64,000 nucleotides of DNA from Nitrospinota bacterium (GTDB lineage: Bacteria > Nitrospinota > Nitrospinia > Nitrospinales > VA-1). A model generated the notes under the pieces. That model did not search any database and was not told the origin of the DNA. It was given only the letters and a program-made list of their open reading frames with translations. How positions within the stretch are numbered: the first letter of the stretch is position 1; each line of letters begins with the position of its first letter. The stretch covers positions 563 to 64,562 of the forward strand of contig JAOMDP010000010.1 of NCBI GenBank assembly GCA_028345515.1. Direction: 5' to 3'. Position numbers and translations under genes: made by a program. Shown piece after piece: positions 8,978 to 18,042 of the stretch.

Positions 8978-9895
8978 TTACGTTTGAGATTTAAGGATGT
9001 TTGCCATATCAATTGGGAGAGGTGCAGACAGAGACAGTAATTTATCCATTATGGGATGCTTCAACTCAAGGTGGCGGGCGTGAAGGGCATGTCTATCCAT
9101 TTTCAGAGTTTCGAAATTAGTATTTTTACCTCCATATAGTTTGTCACCAATAACTGGGTAGTTCATGGATGCTAAATGTACGCGAATCTGATGGGTTCTC
9201 CCTGTTTCTGGCCGTACTTTAAGATAAGTGAAATTTTTAAAGCGTTGTAAAACTTCATAATGCGTGCAAGCCGAGCGTCCGTCCTTTACTCCGGCAACCA
9301 TCTTTTTGCGATTCGTTTTATGTCTACCTATTAACGACTCGATCGAACCTTTATCTTTCTTTACATTTCCCTTTACAAACGTCAAATATTCTTTTTGGAT
9401 TTCTCGTTTTTTAAATTGAACTGCTAGGGCTTTGTGCGCGGCTTCCGTTTTTGCAACCAATACTAGCCCAGATGTTTCCTTATCCAACCGATGAACGATC
9501 CCAGGTCGCTCCACACCACCTATTCCAGATAAGTCATTACAATGATGTAGCAGAGCGTTGACAAGGGTTCCTTTAGAATGACCGGGTGCTGGATGCACTA
9601 CCATTCCAGCGGGTTTGTTTATTGTCAGTATATATTCATCTTCAAAAATGATGTTTAAAGGAATGTTTTCAGAAGCGGTTTTGATAGGCTCAACAGGGGG
9701 AATTTCAACCTCAATCTTTTCTTTGGATCGAATTTTATATCCTGCAGGGCGAGATTTTGAATTAACCTTTACCCTGTCATCCTCTATCAACTTCTTTAAT
9801 CGAGAGCGGCTTATATCTGGTAGGCAATTAGAAAGAAATACATCGAGGCGTTTTTTATTTGAAGTTTCATCCACCTCAAATTTATGAAGTTGCAT
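8978..9895 (-). CDS. rluD: 23S rRNA pseudouridine synthase, RluA/RluD family
   Basis: N-terminal S4 domain (RLDVFLS...SRSRLKKLI) and the catalytic motif HRLDKETSGLVLVAK. Confidence 0.85.
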   Translation of the reverse strand: MQLHKFEVDETSNKKRLDVFLSNCLPDISRSRLKKLIEDDRVKVNSKSRPAGYKIRSKEKIEVEIPPVEPIKTASENIPLNIIFEDEYILTINKPAGMVVHPAPGHSKGTLVNALLHHCNDLSGIGGVERPGIVHRLDKETSGLVLVAKTEAAHKALAVQFKKREIQKEYLTFVKGNVKKDKGSIESLIGRHKTNRKKMVAGVKDGRSACTHYEVLQRFKNFTYLKVRPETGRTHQIRVHLASMNYPVIGDKLYGGKNTNFETLKMDRHALHARHLELKHPIMDKLLSLSAPLPIDMANILKSQT

Positions 9896-10063
9896 AGTAA
9901 TCCATGATTAAGCATTGAAGAAAAACCATATCTTCTTAACCCTTGTTTCCAGCGAGGCTAAAACCTTATTTAAATAAAGAAGGTTTAATTATTTAAACCA
10001 GAAGCTTTTTGATATAAGGTTCGCTCTTTCAGGCTTTGATCAATTACCATTGACATCTCACTA

Positions 10064-10573
10064 TTACTCGAGGAGACGGGGCATGAGTTCTACGAGATTG
10101 CAGGGCTTATGCGTGCTATCAAGTTGATGAATAAGGATCTGGTCCCATCCATCCTTGCAAGCCCCAGTAGAACCCGGTAATGCAAAAAGGAAAGTGCCAT
10201 TGGTAACGCCTCCAGTGCATCGCGATTGCAGAGTAGAGGTTTTTATATTCTGATAACTGAGCATACGAAACAACTCTCCAAAGCCGGGAATAGCTTTATC
10301 ATAAAGTTCTTCAAAAGCTTCGGGCGTTATATCGCGACCGGTTACACCGGTTCCACCTGTGGCTATAACAACATCTACTTCTTGACTATCGATCCATTTT
10401 TTCAATTGTTTTTGAATCAATTTTTTTTCATCTTTTATAATTTTTTTTTCTGCCAGGTTATGACCTGCATCTTTAATCCGGTCTACTAGTACCTGGCCTG
10501 ACTTGTCATCTTCTTCTGTTCTTGTATCAGATACAGTTAGCACGGCAATATTCACACATTTTTTTTCGCTCAT
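10064..10573 (-). CDS. moaB: Molybdenum cofactor biosynthesis protein B (MoaB/MogA fold)
   Basis: 169 aa with VLTVSDTR...DKSG and the TGGTG motif (VIATGGTGVTGRD). Confidence 0.85.
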   Translation of the reverse strand: MSEKKCVNIAVLTVSDTRTEEDDKSGQVLVDRIKDAGHNLAEKKIIKDEKKLIQKQLKKWIDSQEVDVVIATGGTGVTGRDITPEAFEELYDKAIPGFGELFRMLSYQNIKTSTLQSRCTGGVTNGTFLFALPGSTGACKDGWDQILIHQLDSTHKPCNLVELMPRLLE

Positions 10574-10701
10574 TATCTTTTCTCAATCTCTAAAATATGA
10601 ATTATTCCTATTCGGGAACCACTCTGAATTTAGGTAGATTTAATATTATTTTTGCAGTTAAATGATTATTAATGGTAAGTATAACATAATCATAAAAATA
10701 T

Positions 10702-11403
10702 ATGCCGACAGCAATCGTAACTGGTGCAGCCATCCGAATTGGTAAGGCTATAGCCCTCCATCTTGCAGCAAAAGGTTTCAATATTGCCTTGCATTATCAC
10801 CGTTCTGAACCCTCTACTGTGATTGAAGAAATAAAATCGAAAGGTGTTTATTGCCAAAGTTATTCGAGTGATCTTTCTAATCTTGATGAGGCAGAACAAT
10901 TAATTACCAAAATCATTACTGACTTTGATGATGTGGAATTGCTAATTAATTCGGCTGCTAATTTTATTCAGGAAAACCTGGAAGAAACTCGAATGGAAAC
11001 TTTGGTCGATACCCTGCATTTAAACCTGATGTCTCCGCTGTTATTAATGCGCGATTTTAAACGAAGTATCAATAAAGGCATGATTGTCAATATTCTTGAC
11101 GAACGAGTACGTAAACATATTTCAACTTTCGGTTCCTATTCGGTGAGTAAGGTTGGACTAAAACATCTCACGGAACTTGCCGCTGTAGAATGGGGGGAAA
11201 CGGTTCGTGTCAATGGCATTGCACCAGGCCTCATCTTGCCTCCACAGGGAGGAGCACCAGATTATCTGGAAAAAGCTGCGAAAAAAGTTCCCACCCGAAC
11301 TCATGGGGAAATGGAAAATCTACTACAGGCATTAGACTATTTAATGGAAAATCAATTTGTTAATGGAGACACCCTGTTCGTTGACGGCGCAGAATCCTTG
11401 TAG
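10702..11403 (+). CDS. Short-chain dehydrogenase/reductase, pteridine/dihydromonapterin reductase (FolM/PTR1)-like
   Basis: Cofactor motif [16 protein letters not shown], of the type seen in FolM/PTR1. Catalytic YSVSKVG (YxxxK). Canonical SDR C-terminus [14 protein letters not shown]. Confidence 0.65.
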   Translation: MPTAIVTGAAIRIGKAIALHLAAKGFNIALHYHRSEPSTVIEEIKSKGVYCQSYSSDLSNLDEAEQLITKIITDFDDVELLINSAANFIQENLEETRMETLVDTLHLNLMSPLLLMRDFKRSINKGMIVNILDERVRKHISTFGSYSVSKVGLKHLTELAAVEWGETVRVNGIAPGLILPPQGGAPDYLEKAAKKVPTRTHGEMENLLQALDYLMENQFVNGDTLFVDGAESL

Positions 11404-11544
11404 CAAATTTTCAATTTCTATCCGATGTCGTTGTCTGTAATCGAAACTGAGGGCATAGACGTCAAACCCTTCTTTTTTTGCAACTGCCAGAGCGGTAGTA
11501 GAATCTAATCCACCGCTTAGGAGTACTACTGCTTTCTTTTTCAT
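11341..11544 (-). pseudogene. queC: Truncated queC (7-cyano-7-deazaguanine synthase) remnant
   Basis: [45 protein letters not shown] matches the QueC N-terminus (PP-loop SGGxDS, FDYxQRH). Similarity stops at about residue 45-47, exactly where the frame enters the convergent reductase CDS (stop at 11403). Full QueC is about 220-230 aa. Confidence 0.7.
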
Positions 11545-11672
11545 AGGTTAACGCAACCCAAATGACTAAAGGATATTAAATATTGCTCTTGTTGAGGGGT
11601 TATTATATACTAAATCGCTTGCAATCAAATCAAAGATTCCCCTGAAGTTTTAAGGGTTTATACAGTTTTTTC

Positions 11673-13010
11673 ATGTTTGAAAATTTATCTGATCGCCTTG
11701 AGGGCATATATAAAAAATTAAAGGGCAGAGGGGTTTTAAAAGAGGCCGATGTCGATGAAGCATTGCGAGAAATTCGCGTTGCACTGATCGAAGCCGATGT
11801 CAGCCTTGCAGTGATCAAAGACTTCCTTACCCCAGTTCGAGAAAAAGCAGTGGGTCAAGAAGTTTTAAAAAGTCTGACCCCAGGCCATCAGATGGTAAAA
11901 ATTGTCAATGATGAATTGACTTTTCTAATCGGTGATGAGTTTAAAGATATTCAGTTTGCTGTTAAACCTCCAACCGTAGTCCTAATAGCGGGACTGCAGG
12001 GCTCTGGCAAAACGACGACGGTCGGCAAACTTGCAAAACGCTTTAAAGAAAAAGGGAAAAACTGCCTTTTGGTTCCTGCGGACGTATATCGTCCAGCTGC
12101 GATTGAGCAATTACATGTTTTGGGTCGCGACCTTGGTGTTGCAGTATTTGAAGGCGCTGAAGAAAAAGATCCAATTGCAATTTGTAAAAAAGCTTTGGAT
12201 GATGCAACGGAAAAGATGAGTCAGGTGGTTATCATTGATACTGCGGGTCGTCAGCAGATTGATGAAGAATTAATGGACGAACTAAAGTGTATTAAGGAAA
12301 CGGTCCAGCCACAAGAAGTATTGTTTGTTGCCGATGCTATGATGGGGCAGCAGTCCGCAGAAATTGCAAAAACGTTTAACGATACAGTTGGTATCGATGG
12401 TGTGATTTTGACTAAGATGGATGGGGATGCCCGAGGCGGTGCAGCGCTTTCCATTAAGGCGATTACCGGTAAACCAATCCGTTTTATCGGTATGGGAGAA
12501 AAACTCGATGCCCTCGAACCGTTTCATCCGGATCGAATTGTTTCCCGCATTCTTGGTATGGGTGATGTTATGTCACTGGTTGAGAAAGCGGAAGAAAATT
12601 TTGAGAAAGAAGAACAGGAAGCATTACAAAAAAAGTTCAAGGCGAACGCTTTTACTCTTGAAGATTTTTGTGATCAGTTAAAACAGATTCAAAAGATGGG
12701 CTCTATGGAGCAAATTCTAGGAATGATTCCGGGTGCTGGAAAATTAAAAGGACTGAAAGTAGACAATAAAGCCTTTGTGCAGATCGAAGCGATTATTAAT
12801 TCGATGACCCCGAAAGAAAGGGTCAAACACAATATTATTAATGCAAGTCGAAAACGCAGAATTGCTCAAGGAAGCGGAACGAGAGTAAATGATATAAATA
12901 AATTGCTGAAACAGTTTAATCAGATGCAAAAAATGATGAAAAAAGTCTCTAGGGGGGGTGGGCTTAACCTCGGCAGTTTGATGGGTGGCGGTGGATTTTT
13001 GGGCCGCTGA
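11673..13010 (+). CDS. ffh: Signal recognition particle protein Ffh
   Basis: G-domain motifs GLQGSGKTTT, DTAGR and TKMDGDARGG, and a Met-rich M domain. Confidence 0.97.
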   Translation: MFENLSDRLEGIYKKLKGRGVLKEADVDEALREIRVALIEADVSLAVIKDFLTPVREKAVGQEVLKSLTPGHQMVKIVNDELTFLIGDEFKDIQFAVKPPTVVLIAGLQGSGKTTTVGKLAKRFKEKGKNCLLVPADVYRPAAIEQLHVLGRDLGVAVFEGAEEKDPIAICKKALDDATEKMSQVVIIDTAGRQQIDEELMDELKCIKETVQPQEVLFVADAMMGQQSAEIAKTFNDTVGIDGVILTKMDGDARGGAALSIKAITGKPIRFIGMGEKLDALEPFHPDRIVSRILGMGDVMSLVEKAEENFEKEEQEALQKKFKANAFTLEDFCDQLKQIQKMGSMEQILGMIPGAGKLKGLKVDNKAFVQIEAIINSMTPKERVKHNIINASRKRRIAQGSGTRVNDINKLLKQFNQMQKMMKKVSRGGGLNLGSLMGGGGFLGR

Positions 13011-13096
13011 CAAGAATTTAGTTTTATAGTTTTATTTTATTTTTTTAAGGGTCTTTAACTATTTCAGGAAGACCGATTTTCCAGAAGGAGAAAACA

Positions 13097-13339
13097 TTGG
13101 TAGTAATAAGATTAACTCGAAGAGGAGCAAAAAAGAAACCTTTCTATCGAATCGTGGCGGCAGATTCTAGGATGCCAAGAGACGGTCGTTTCCTAGAGAT
13201 TTTAGGGACTTACGACCCCATGCTTGAAGAAAATGGTTGTAAAATTGATGCGGAAAAGGCCGTTGCATGGATTAAAAAAGGCGCGCAGCCTAGTAAAACC
13301 GTAGGCTCCCTCCTCAAAAAGGCCGGAGTCGGTGGGTAA
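13097..13339 (+). CDS. rpsP: 30S ribosomal protein S16
   Basis: [28 protein letters not shown] start 6 nt after GGAG. Confidence 0.95.
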   Translation: MVVIRLTRRGAKKKPFYRIVAADSRMPRDGRFLEILGTYDPMLEENGCKIDAEKAVAWIKKGAQPSKTVGSLLKKAGVGG

Positions 13340-13570
13340 TAGTTTTGATGACTTTGTCAGTAAACAAATAAAAGCTAATTTATAGCTTCGAACTCATACT
13401 GGTAACTCTATCTAGCTCATCTACCTACGTCCAAATTCTCGGACGAGTAAAGGTAGCGAAAGCTCATTAGTCTAATTGCAGAATATTGCAATTTACATAA
13501 ATGAAAAATTAGTTTTGGCTTAAATCACCTAATATTAACAGGATCCTGTTGGCCAGCTAAGGAGAGTGTC

Positions 13571-13801
13571 ATGAGAGATCTGATATTGATTATTGCCAAG
13601 TCTCTAGTAGATCAACCTGATGAAGTGGAAGTAGCAGAAGTGAAGGGTGATAAAACTACTGTCCTGGAGTTGCGGGTCGCGAAAGATGATCTTGGCAAAG
13701 TCATAGGAAAGCAGGGTAAAACCGCTCATGCAATACGAACTATTTTGAATGCGACTGCGACTAAATTGAAACAACGGGCCGTTCTGGAAATAATGGAATA
13801 A
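13571..13801 (+). CDS. KH-domain RNA-binding protein (YlqC/UPF0109)
   Basis: 76 aa with the GxxG KH motif [13 protein letters not shown]. Strong SD (AAGGAGAG). Conserved position between rpsP and rimM. Confidence 0.9.
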   Translation: MRDLILIIAKSLVDQPDEVEVAEVKGDKTTVLELRVAKDDLGKVIGKQGKTAHAIRTILNATATKLKQRAVLEIME

Positions 13802-13802
13802 T

Positions 13803-14306
13803 ATGAACTGGATTCGGGTTGGAAAAGTAACACGAACTCACGGTTTAAAAGGGGAGTTCAAGTTTTATCCTACCGAGCAGAATAGTGCTACGGTGCAAAG
13901 TGGTCAGCGGATTTGTTTGGGAGAAATACAGTTAAAGATTGAGTCTGTTCGTGGTGTTAAGTCTCCCTTTATTCTTAAGTTGGATGGTATCAACAGCATT
14001 GAAGCAGCTAAAAGTTTGGCGGGACATGAGGTGAAGGTTGCCAGAGAAGATTTTGAACCGTTGCCCGAGGGAGAATTTTATCGCTTTGAGATTGAAGGAT
14101 TAAATGTATTTAATGACACGGGAAAATATTATGGTGTCATAGAAGAGATAGTTGAAACAGGTAGTAACGATGTTTATGTGGTGCGAGGCGAGGGTAAAGA
14201 ATGGTTGATTCCTATGATAGATTCTGTGGTGCAAACCATCGACCTCGAGCAGGGTAAACTTATTTTTCATTGTGTTGAGGGATTGTTTGAGGACACTCCG
14301 GTTTGA
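13803..14306 (+). CDS. rimM: 16S rRNA processing protein RimM
   Basis: N-terminal [16 protein letters not shown], a C-terminal PRC-barrel-like region, and operon position. Confidence 0.9.
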   Translation: MNWIRVGKVTRTHGLKGEFKFYPTEQNSATVQSGQRICLGEIQLKIESVRGVKSPFILKLDGINSIEAAKSLAGHEVKVAREDFEPLPEGEFYRFEIEGLNVFNDTGKYYGVIEEIVETGSNDVYVVRGEGKEWLIPMIDSVVQTIDLEQGKLIFHCVEGLFEDTPV

Positions 14307-14988
14307 CATTGTTAGTATTTTCCCGGGGATGTTTGAGTCTCCTTTTGGCGACAGCATTATAGAACGTGCCTGCGAAAAAGGTTTGTTGGATATACGGGTG
14401 CATGACCTGAGGGATTATACGTTAAATAAGCACCGCAAGGTAGATGATACGCCTTTCGGCGGTGGCGTAGGTATGATAATGAATGTAGAGCCAATTGACC
14501 TGGCTCTTAAAGCCATAAAGAAGGAAGTGCCGAAAGCTAGGACGATCTTGCTTTCACCAAGTGGTAGTACTCTCAGTCAGAAAAAAGCCAATGAGCTTTC
14601 TAATCATGAAAGTTTGATCCTGATTTGTGGTCGCTACGAAGGCATTGATGAGCGAGTTCGATTACACTTTGCGGATGAAGAAATTTCTATTGGCGATTAT
14701 ATTTTGACTGGAGGAGAAATTCCGGCAATGGTTCTGGTTGAAGCCGTGTCCAGGTTGATACCGGGTGTTTTGGGAGATTCTGAGTCTATTTTGGAAGAGT
14801 CTTTCTCAGAGGGAATGCTGGAGTATCCGCAGTATACGAGACCAAGAGAATATAAAGGATTTAAGGTTCCCGATGTCCTGGTTTCTGGCGATCCAAAAAA
14901 AATCCGCGAATGGCAAAAAGCTGAAGCATTGAAAAAAACGGCAAGCGTTCGCCCTGATCTACTTGAAAAAATGAAACGGTCGCGTTAG
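14272..14988 (+). CDS. trmD: tRNA (guanine37-N1)-methyltransferase TrmD
   Basis: [20 protein letters not shown] and [21 protein letters not shown]. The true start is probably the TTG at 14287 (MRTLRFDIV). It overlaps the rimM 3' end. Confidence 0.95.
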   Translation: MLRDCLRTLRFDIVSIFPGMFESPFGDSIIERACEKGLLDIRVHDLRDYTLNKHRKVDDTPFGGGVGMIMNVEPIDLALKAIKKEVPKARTILLSPSGSTLSQKKANELSNHESLILICGRYEGIDERVRLHFADEEISIGDYILTGGEIPAMVLVEAVSRLIPGVLGDSESILEESFSEGMLEYPQYTRPREYKGFKVPDVLVSGDPKKIREWQKAEALKKTASVRPDLLEKMKRSR

Positions 14989-15059
14989 GAAAATAGGATT
15001 TTTGAGTAAGGATAAGGTGGAATAATTTAAGATTTTTTTTCCGAGCCAGTTAAATAGGT

Positions 15060-15683
15060 TTGGGGTTATGTAAAGTTCATAAAAACAGGTCGGTTTTGGC
15101 GGAAGTATCAAATTCGAATATTCATCTGGCTTTGGTCCATTTTCCTGTTTATAACAAAACTGGAGAAGTGATTGTTTCATCTGTAACCACATTGGATATT
15201 CATGATATTTCGCGTGCTTGCAGGACTTTTGGCGTGGGAACATTTTATGTTATCACCCCACTTAAAACCCAGCAGGAGCTTGTGCATCGTTTAATTGGCC
15301 ATTGGTTGGAAGGCTTTGGCGCCGAGTATAACCCGACCCGAAAAGAAGCCTTACTAAAGACGGTTGTAAAAAATAATCTTGAAGAAGCAGTTAAAGAAGT
15401 ATCCGAGCAAAGCGGAAAGAAACCCCGTATTATTGTCACGGGAGCAAAAAGAGCGCCTCGAAGCATTGGTTATGAGGCTTTAAAAAAGGAATTTAAACAG
15501 GGAGAACCTAACCTTCTGGTTTTTGGAACGGGATGGGGATTAGAAAAAAATCTGATTAAAAATGCAGATCATGCCCTATTGCCCATTGAAGGCAGTGACG
15601 GATTCAACCATCTTCCGGTCCGGGGTGCCATATCGATCATTCTTGATCGTTTATTGGGGAATCGTGAGTTGCCGGTAGATTAA
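15060..15683 (+). CDS. Predicted SPOUT-like RNA methyltransferase (uncharacterised family found between trmD and rplS)
   Basis: LLVFGTGWGL and NHLPVRGAISIILDRL resemble SPOUT motifs 2 and 3. From memory, Pfam Methyltrn_RNA_4 has this neighbourhood. The start is uncertain: the track uses TTG at 15060, and conserved sequence begins near NIHLALVHFPV. Confidence 0.55.
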   Translation: MGLCKVHKNRSVLAEVSNSNIHLALVHFPVYNKTGEVIVSSVTTLDIHDISRACRTFGVGTFYVITPLKTQQELVHRLIGHWLEGFGAEYNPTRKEALLKTVVKNNLEEAVKEVSEQSGKKPRIIVTGAKRAPRSIGYEALKKEFKQGEPNLLVFGTGWGLEKNLIKNADHALLPIEGSDGFNHLPVRGAISIILDRLLGNRELPVD

Positions 15684-15740
15684 TAGAAAGTTTTGAAAGA
15701 TAATCATAAAGATTTACGTACAATCCTAGGAGAGAGGTAA

Positions 15741-16172
15741 ATGAATTTAGTTGATCAAGTTGAAGCTAAGGAAATGAAAAAAGAAGTCGCCGATGTTCAT
15801 ATTGGTGACACTGTAAAAGTCCATATGCGCATTGTCGAAGGTGAAAAAGAGCGCATTCAGATCATTGAAGGTGTCGTGATAAAAATGCGTGGTGGAGGAG
15901 CGCGAAAAACACTGACTGTAAGAAAGATCTCTTTTGGTATCGGAGTGGAACGAATTTTCCCTTTTCATTCCCCAAGAGTAGAAAAAATTGAAATTGTAAG
16001 ACGCGCTAAAATTAGACAGGCTAAATTGTACTACCTAAGAGAATTGCGTGGTAAGGCTGCAAGGTTAAAAGAACTAAAATCTGTTAGGCCTACTACAAAA
16101 GCTAAGAAAACTCCAAAACGAGGAAAAAAAGCCAAGGCGGCAAAAGTTTCGGCTACCAAAGGATCTTCCTGA
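15741..16172 (+). CDS. rplS: 50S ribosomal protein L19 with a Lys/Ala-rich C-terminal extension
   Basis: [26 protein letters not shown] and [14 protein letters not shown]. At 143 aa it is longer than the roughly 115 aa of E. coli L19. Confidence 0.95.
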   Translation: MNLVDQVEAKEMKKEVADVHIGDTVKVHMRIVEGEKERIQIIEGVVIKMRGGGARKTLTVRKISFGIGVERIFPFHSPRVEKIEIVRRAKIRQAKLYYLRELRGKAARLKELKSVRPTTKAKKTPKRGKKAKAAKVSATKGSS

Positions 16173-16268
16173 TAGGCTATCTGCTGAAAGATAAGTTTTC
16201 CAGTGGCCCGATTTAGGAACAAAAACAAAATTATTTTCAGAAATTTTTATTTATTTACCCAAGCGGAG

Positions 16269-17135
16269 CTAAGGGGTTAAAGTTTCTACAGAAACTCCAG
16301 GTATAGCCTTTGGCTTATCTGGAGTTTTTTTATTTTTGGGCAAACGGAATGTCTCGCCAACCCCATATTTTATTTTTACATTTTGGTAGTCATATTTTGC
16401 GCGTGAAAGATAACCTCTGAGACCACGCATCCTTGTTTTATCGGCTGGATGGGTAGAGGCCCATTCTGGAGGGCCTTTTTTGTCTTTTACTTTACTGAAG
16501 CGCTGCCAGAATTTAACTGCTTCATTCGGATTATAGCCGGCCTTTGCCATGTAGATTAAGCCTATTTGATCCGCTTCACTTTCGTGAGAACGACTAAAAG
16601 GCAGGGTGAAGCCATAAAGAACCCCCACACCCAAAGCTGTAAGAACAAGATTTCTTTGTGTTCTATTTTTCATGCTAAGCCCAGCACCAATCATGGCTCC
16701 CTGCAACAGCATTTGCTGTGTCATCCTTTGTGCTCCATGTCGGGCAATGACATGGGCAATTTCATGGCTCATTACGGTTGCTAAACCAGCCTCGTTTTTT
16801 GCAACAGTAAGTATACCGGTGTAAATTGCAATTTTTCCTCCGGGTAATGCAAAGGCATTCTTTTGCGCTGATTCGATTAGTTTGATCTCCCAATCCAATT
16901 TTGGCATATGGCTAACAGCTATAATTCTTTGTCCCACTCTACGCACAACTTCATTCAATTGAGCATCTTCCGATTCTTTTTCCTTTTTTAAAATTTGGTT
17001 GTAAGATTGTTTTCCTAATGAAATTTCTTGCGCTTTAGGAATAAGAATCAGAGTAGATCGATTAGAAACAGGTGTGGTGGAACAAGCGTAAAGTATTAAG
17101 GTAATTAAAAAAATAAAAAGAAATTTTTTTTGCAT
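16269..17135 (-). CDS. M48-family zinc metalloprotease lipoprotein
   Basis: Lipobox LILYAC, HExxH motif MSHEIAHVIARHG, and a downstream ESEAD segment. Confidence 0.85.
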   Translation of the reverse strand: MQKKFLFIFLITLILYACSTTPVSNRSTLILIPKAQEISLGKQSYNQILKKEKESEDAQLNEVVRRVGQRIIAVSHMPKLDWEIKLIESAQKNAFALPGGKIAIYTGILTVAKNEAGLATVMSHEIAHVIARHGAQRMTQQMLLQGAMIGAGLSMKNRTQRNLVLTALGVGVLYGFTLPFSRSHESEADQIGLIYMAKAGYNPNEAVKFWQRFSKVKDKKGPPEWASTHPADKTRMRGLRGYLSRAKYDYQNVKIKYGVGETFRLPKNKKTPDKPKAIPGVSVETLTP

Positions 17136-17427
17136 AATTTATTATAAAAGCCTATCTCATCTATTTCAACTTGCCTAAGTCGCTAGGACGAACATAAAAT
17201 CCTTTATGGCTTATTAATTCAATTAGGTTTCTCAAAAAATTTTGGGTTTGCCGAGAGATTTTTAAAAGAAACTTTATAGGATCATAATGATAGCAGGGCC
17301 AATATTTTTAATTAGTTTTCGTCTAAGGTGCAATTATAAGAAATAATTAAAGGCCTTCATTAAAATTAAAAAATTGTGTTTACAGTCGATGCTTGCGGGA
17401 TAGTTATTGTTGCATTATGCTTCAAAA

Positions 17428-18036
17428 ATGGACTTGTTTGAATTTGAGAGTAAAGCCATTCATCAGGGTTTCAAAAATATTGCTGGAATCGATGAAGCAG
17501 GTCGTGGACCTTTGGCTGGTCCTGTGGTTGCTGCCGCAGTCATTTTTCCATCTAAGGTAAATATTCCAGGTCTTAATGACTCAAAAAAACTGTCTGTTAA
17601 CAAACGCGAGGAGTTATTCCCAAAAATTCAGGAGATCTCGGTCGCTTTTGGTTTGGCAGTTGTAGATCAAAAAGTAATTGATAAGATCAATATTTTACAA
17701 GCGGCAAGACTAGCTATGAAACAAGCTGTAGAAACACTGAAAATTACTCCTGGTTTGTTACTTATTGATGGTAATCAGAAAATTGATTCGACTCTCAATC
17801 AATGGGTAATTGTGAAAGGTGATTCAAGAAGCTTATCTATTGCTGCGGCTTCAGTACTTGCAAAAGTAACACGTGACCGGATTATGGATGGCTATCATAA
17901 ACTATATCCGCAATATGAGTTTAATCGTCATAAAGGATATGGAACAAAACTCCATAGAAACCTGATTCAAGAGCATGGCCCTTGCCCGATCCATCGGAGT
18001 ACGTTCAAGGGTGTTTCAGAATATATAAAAAGATAA
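17428..18036 (+). CDS. rnhB: Ribonuclease HII
   Basis: IAGIDEAGRGPLAGPVV and GDSRSLSIAAASVLAKV. I prefer the ATG at 17428 (MDLFEFE...) to the track's TTG at 17407. Confidence 0.92.
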   Translation: MDLFEFESKAIHQGFKNIAGIDEAGRGPLAGPVVAAAVIFPSKVNIPGLNDSKKLSVNKREELFPKIQEISVAFGLAVVDQKVIDKINILQAARLAMKQAVETLKITPGLLLIDGNQKIDSTLNQWVIVKGDSRSLSIAAASVLAKVTRDRIMDGYHKLYPQYEFNRHKGYGTKLHRNLIQEHGPCPIHRSTFKGVSEYIKR

Positions 18037-18042
18037 TTAATT

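Noticed and set aside
11545-11672. Possible preQ1 riboswitch in the leader of the queC remnant
   Set aside because: The minus-strand leader has AGGGG ... CCCCTCAACAAGAG, vaguely like the P1/A-rich tail of preQ1-I. The intervening loop is about 40 nt, far too long for the compact preQ1 aptamer, and no convincing pseudoknot could be drawn.
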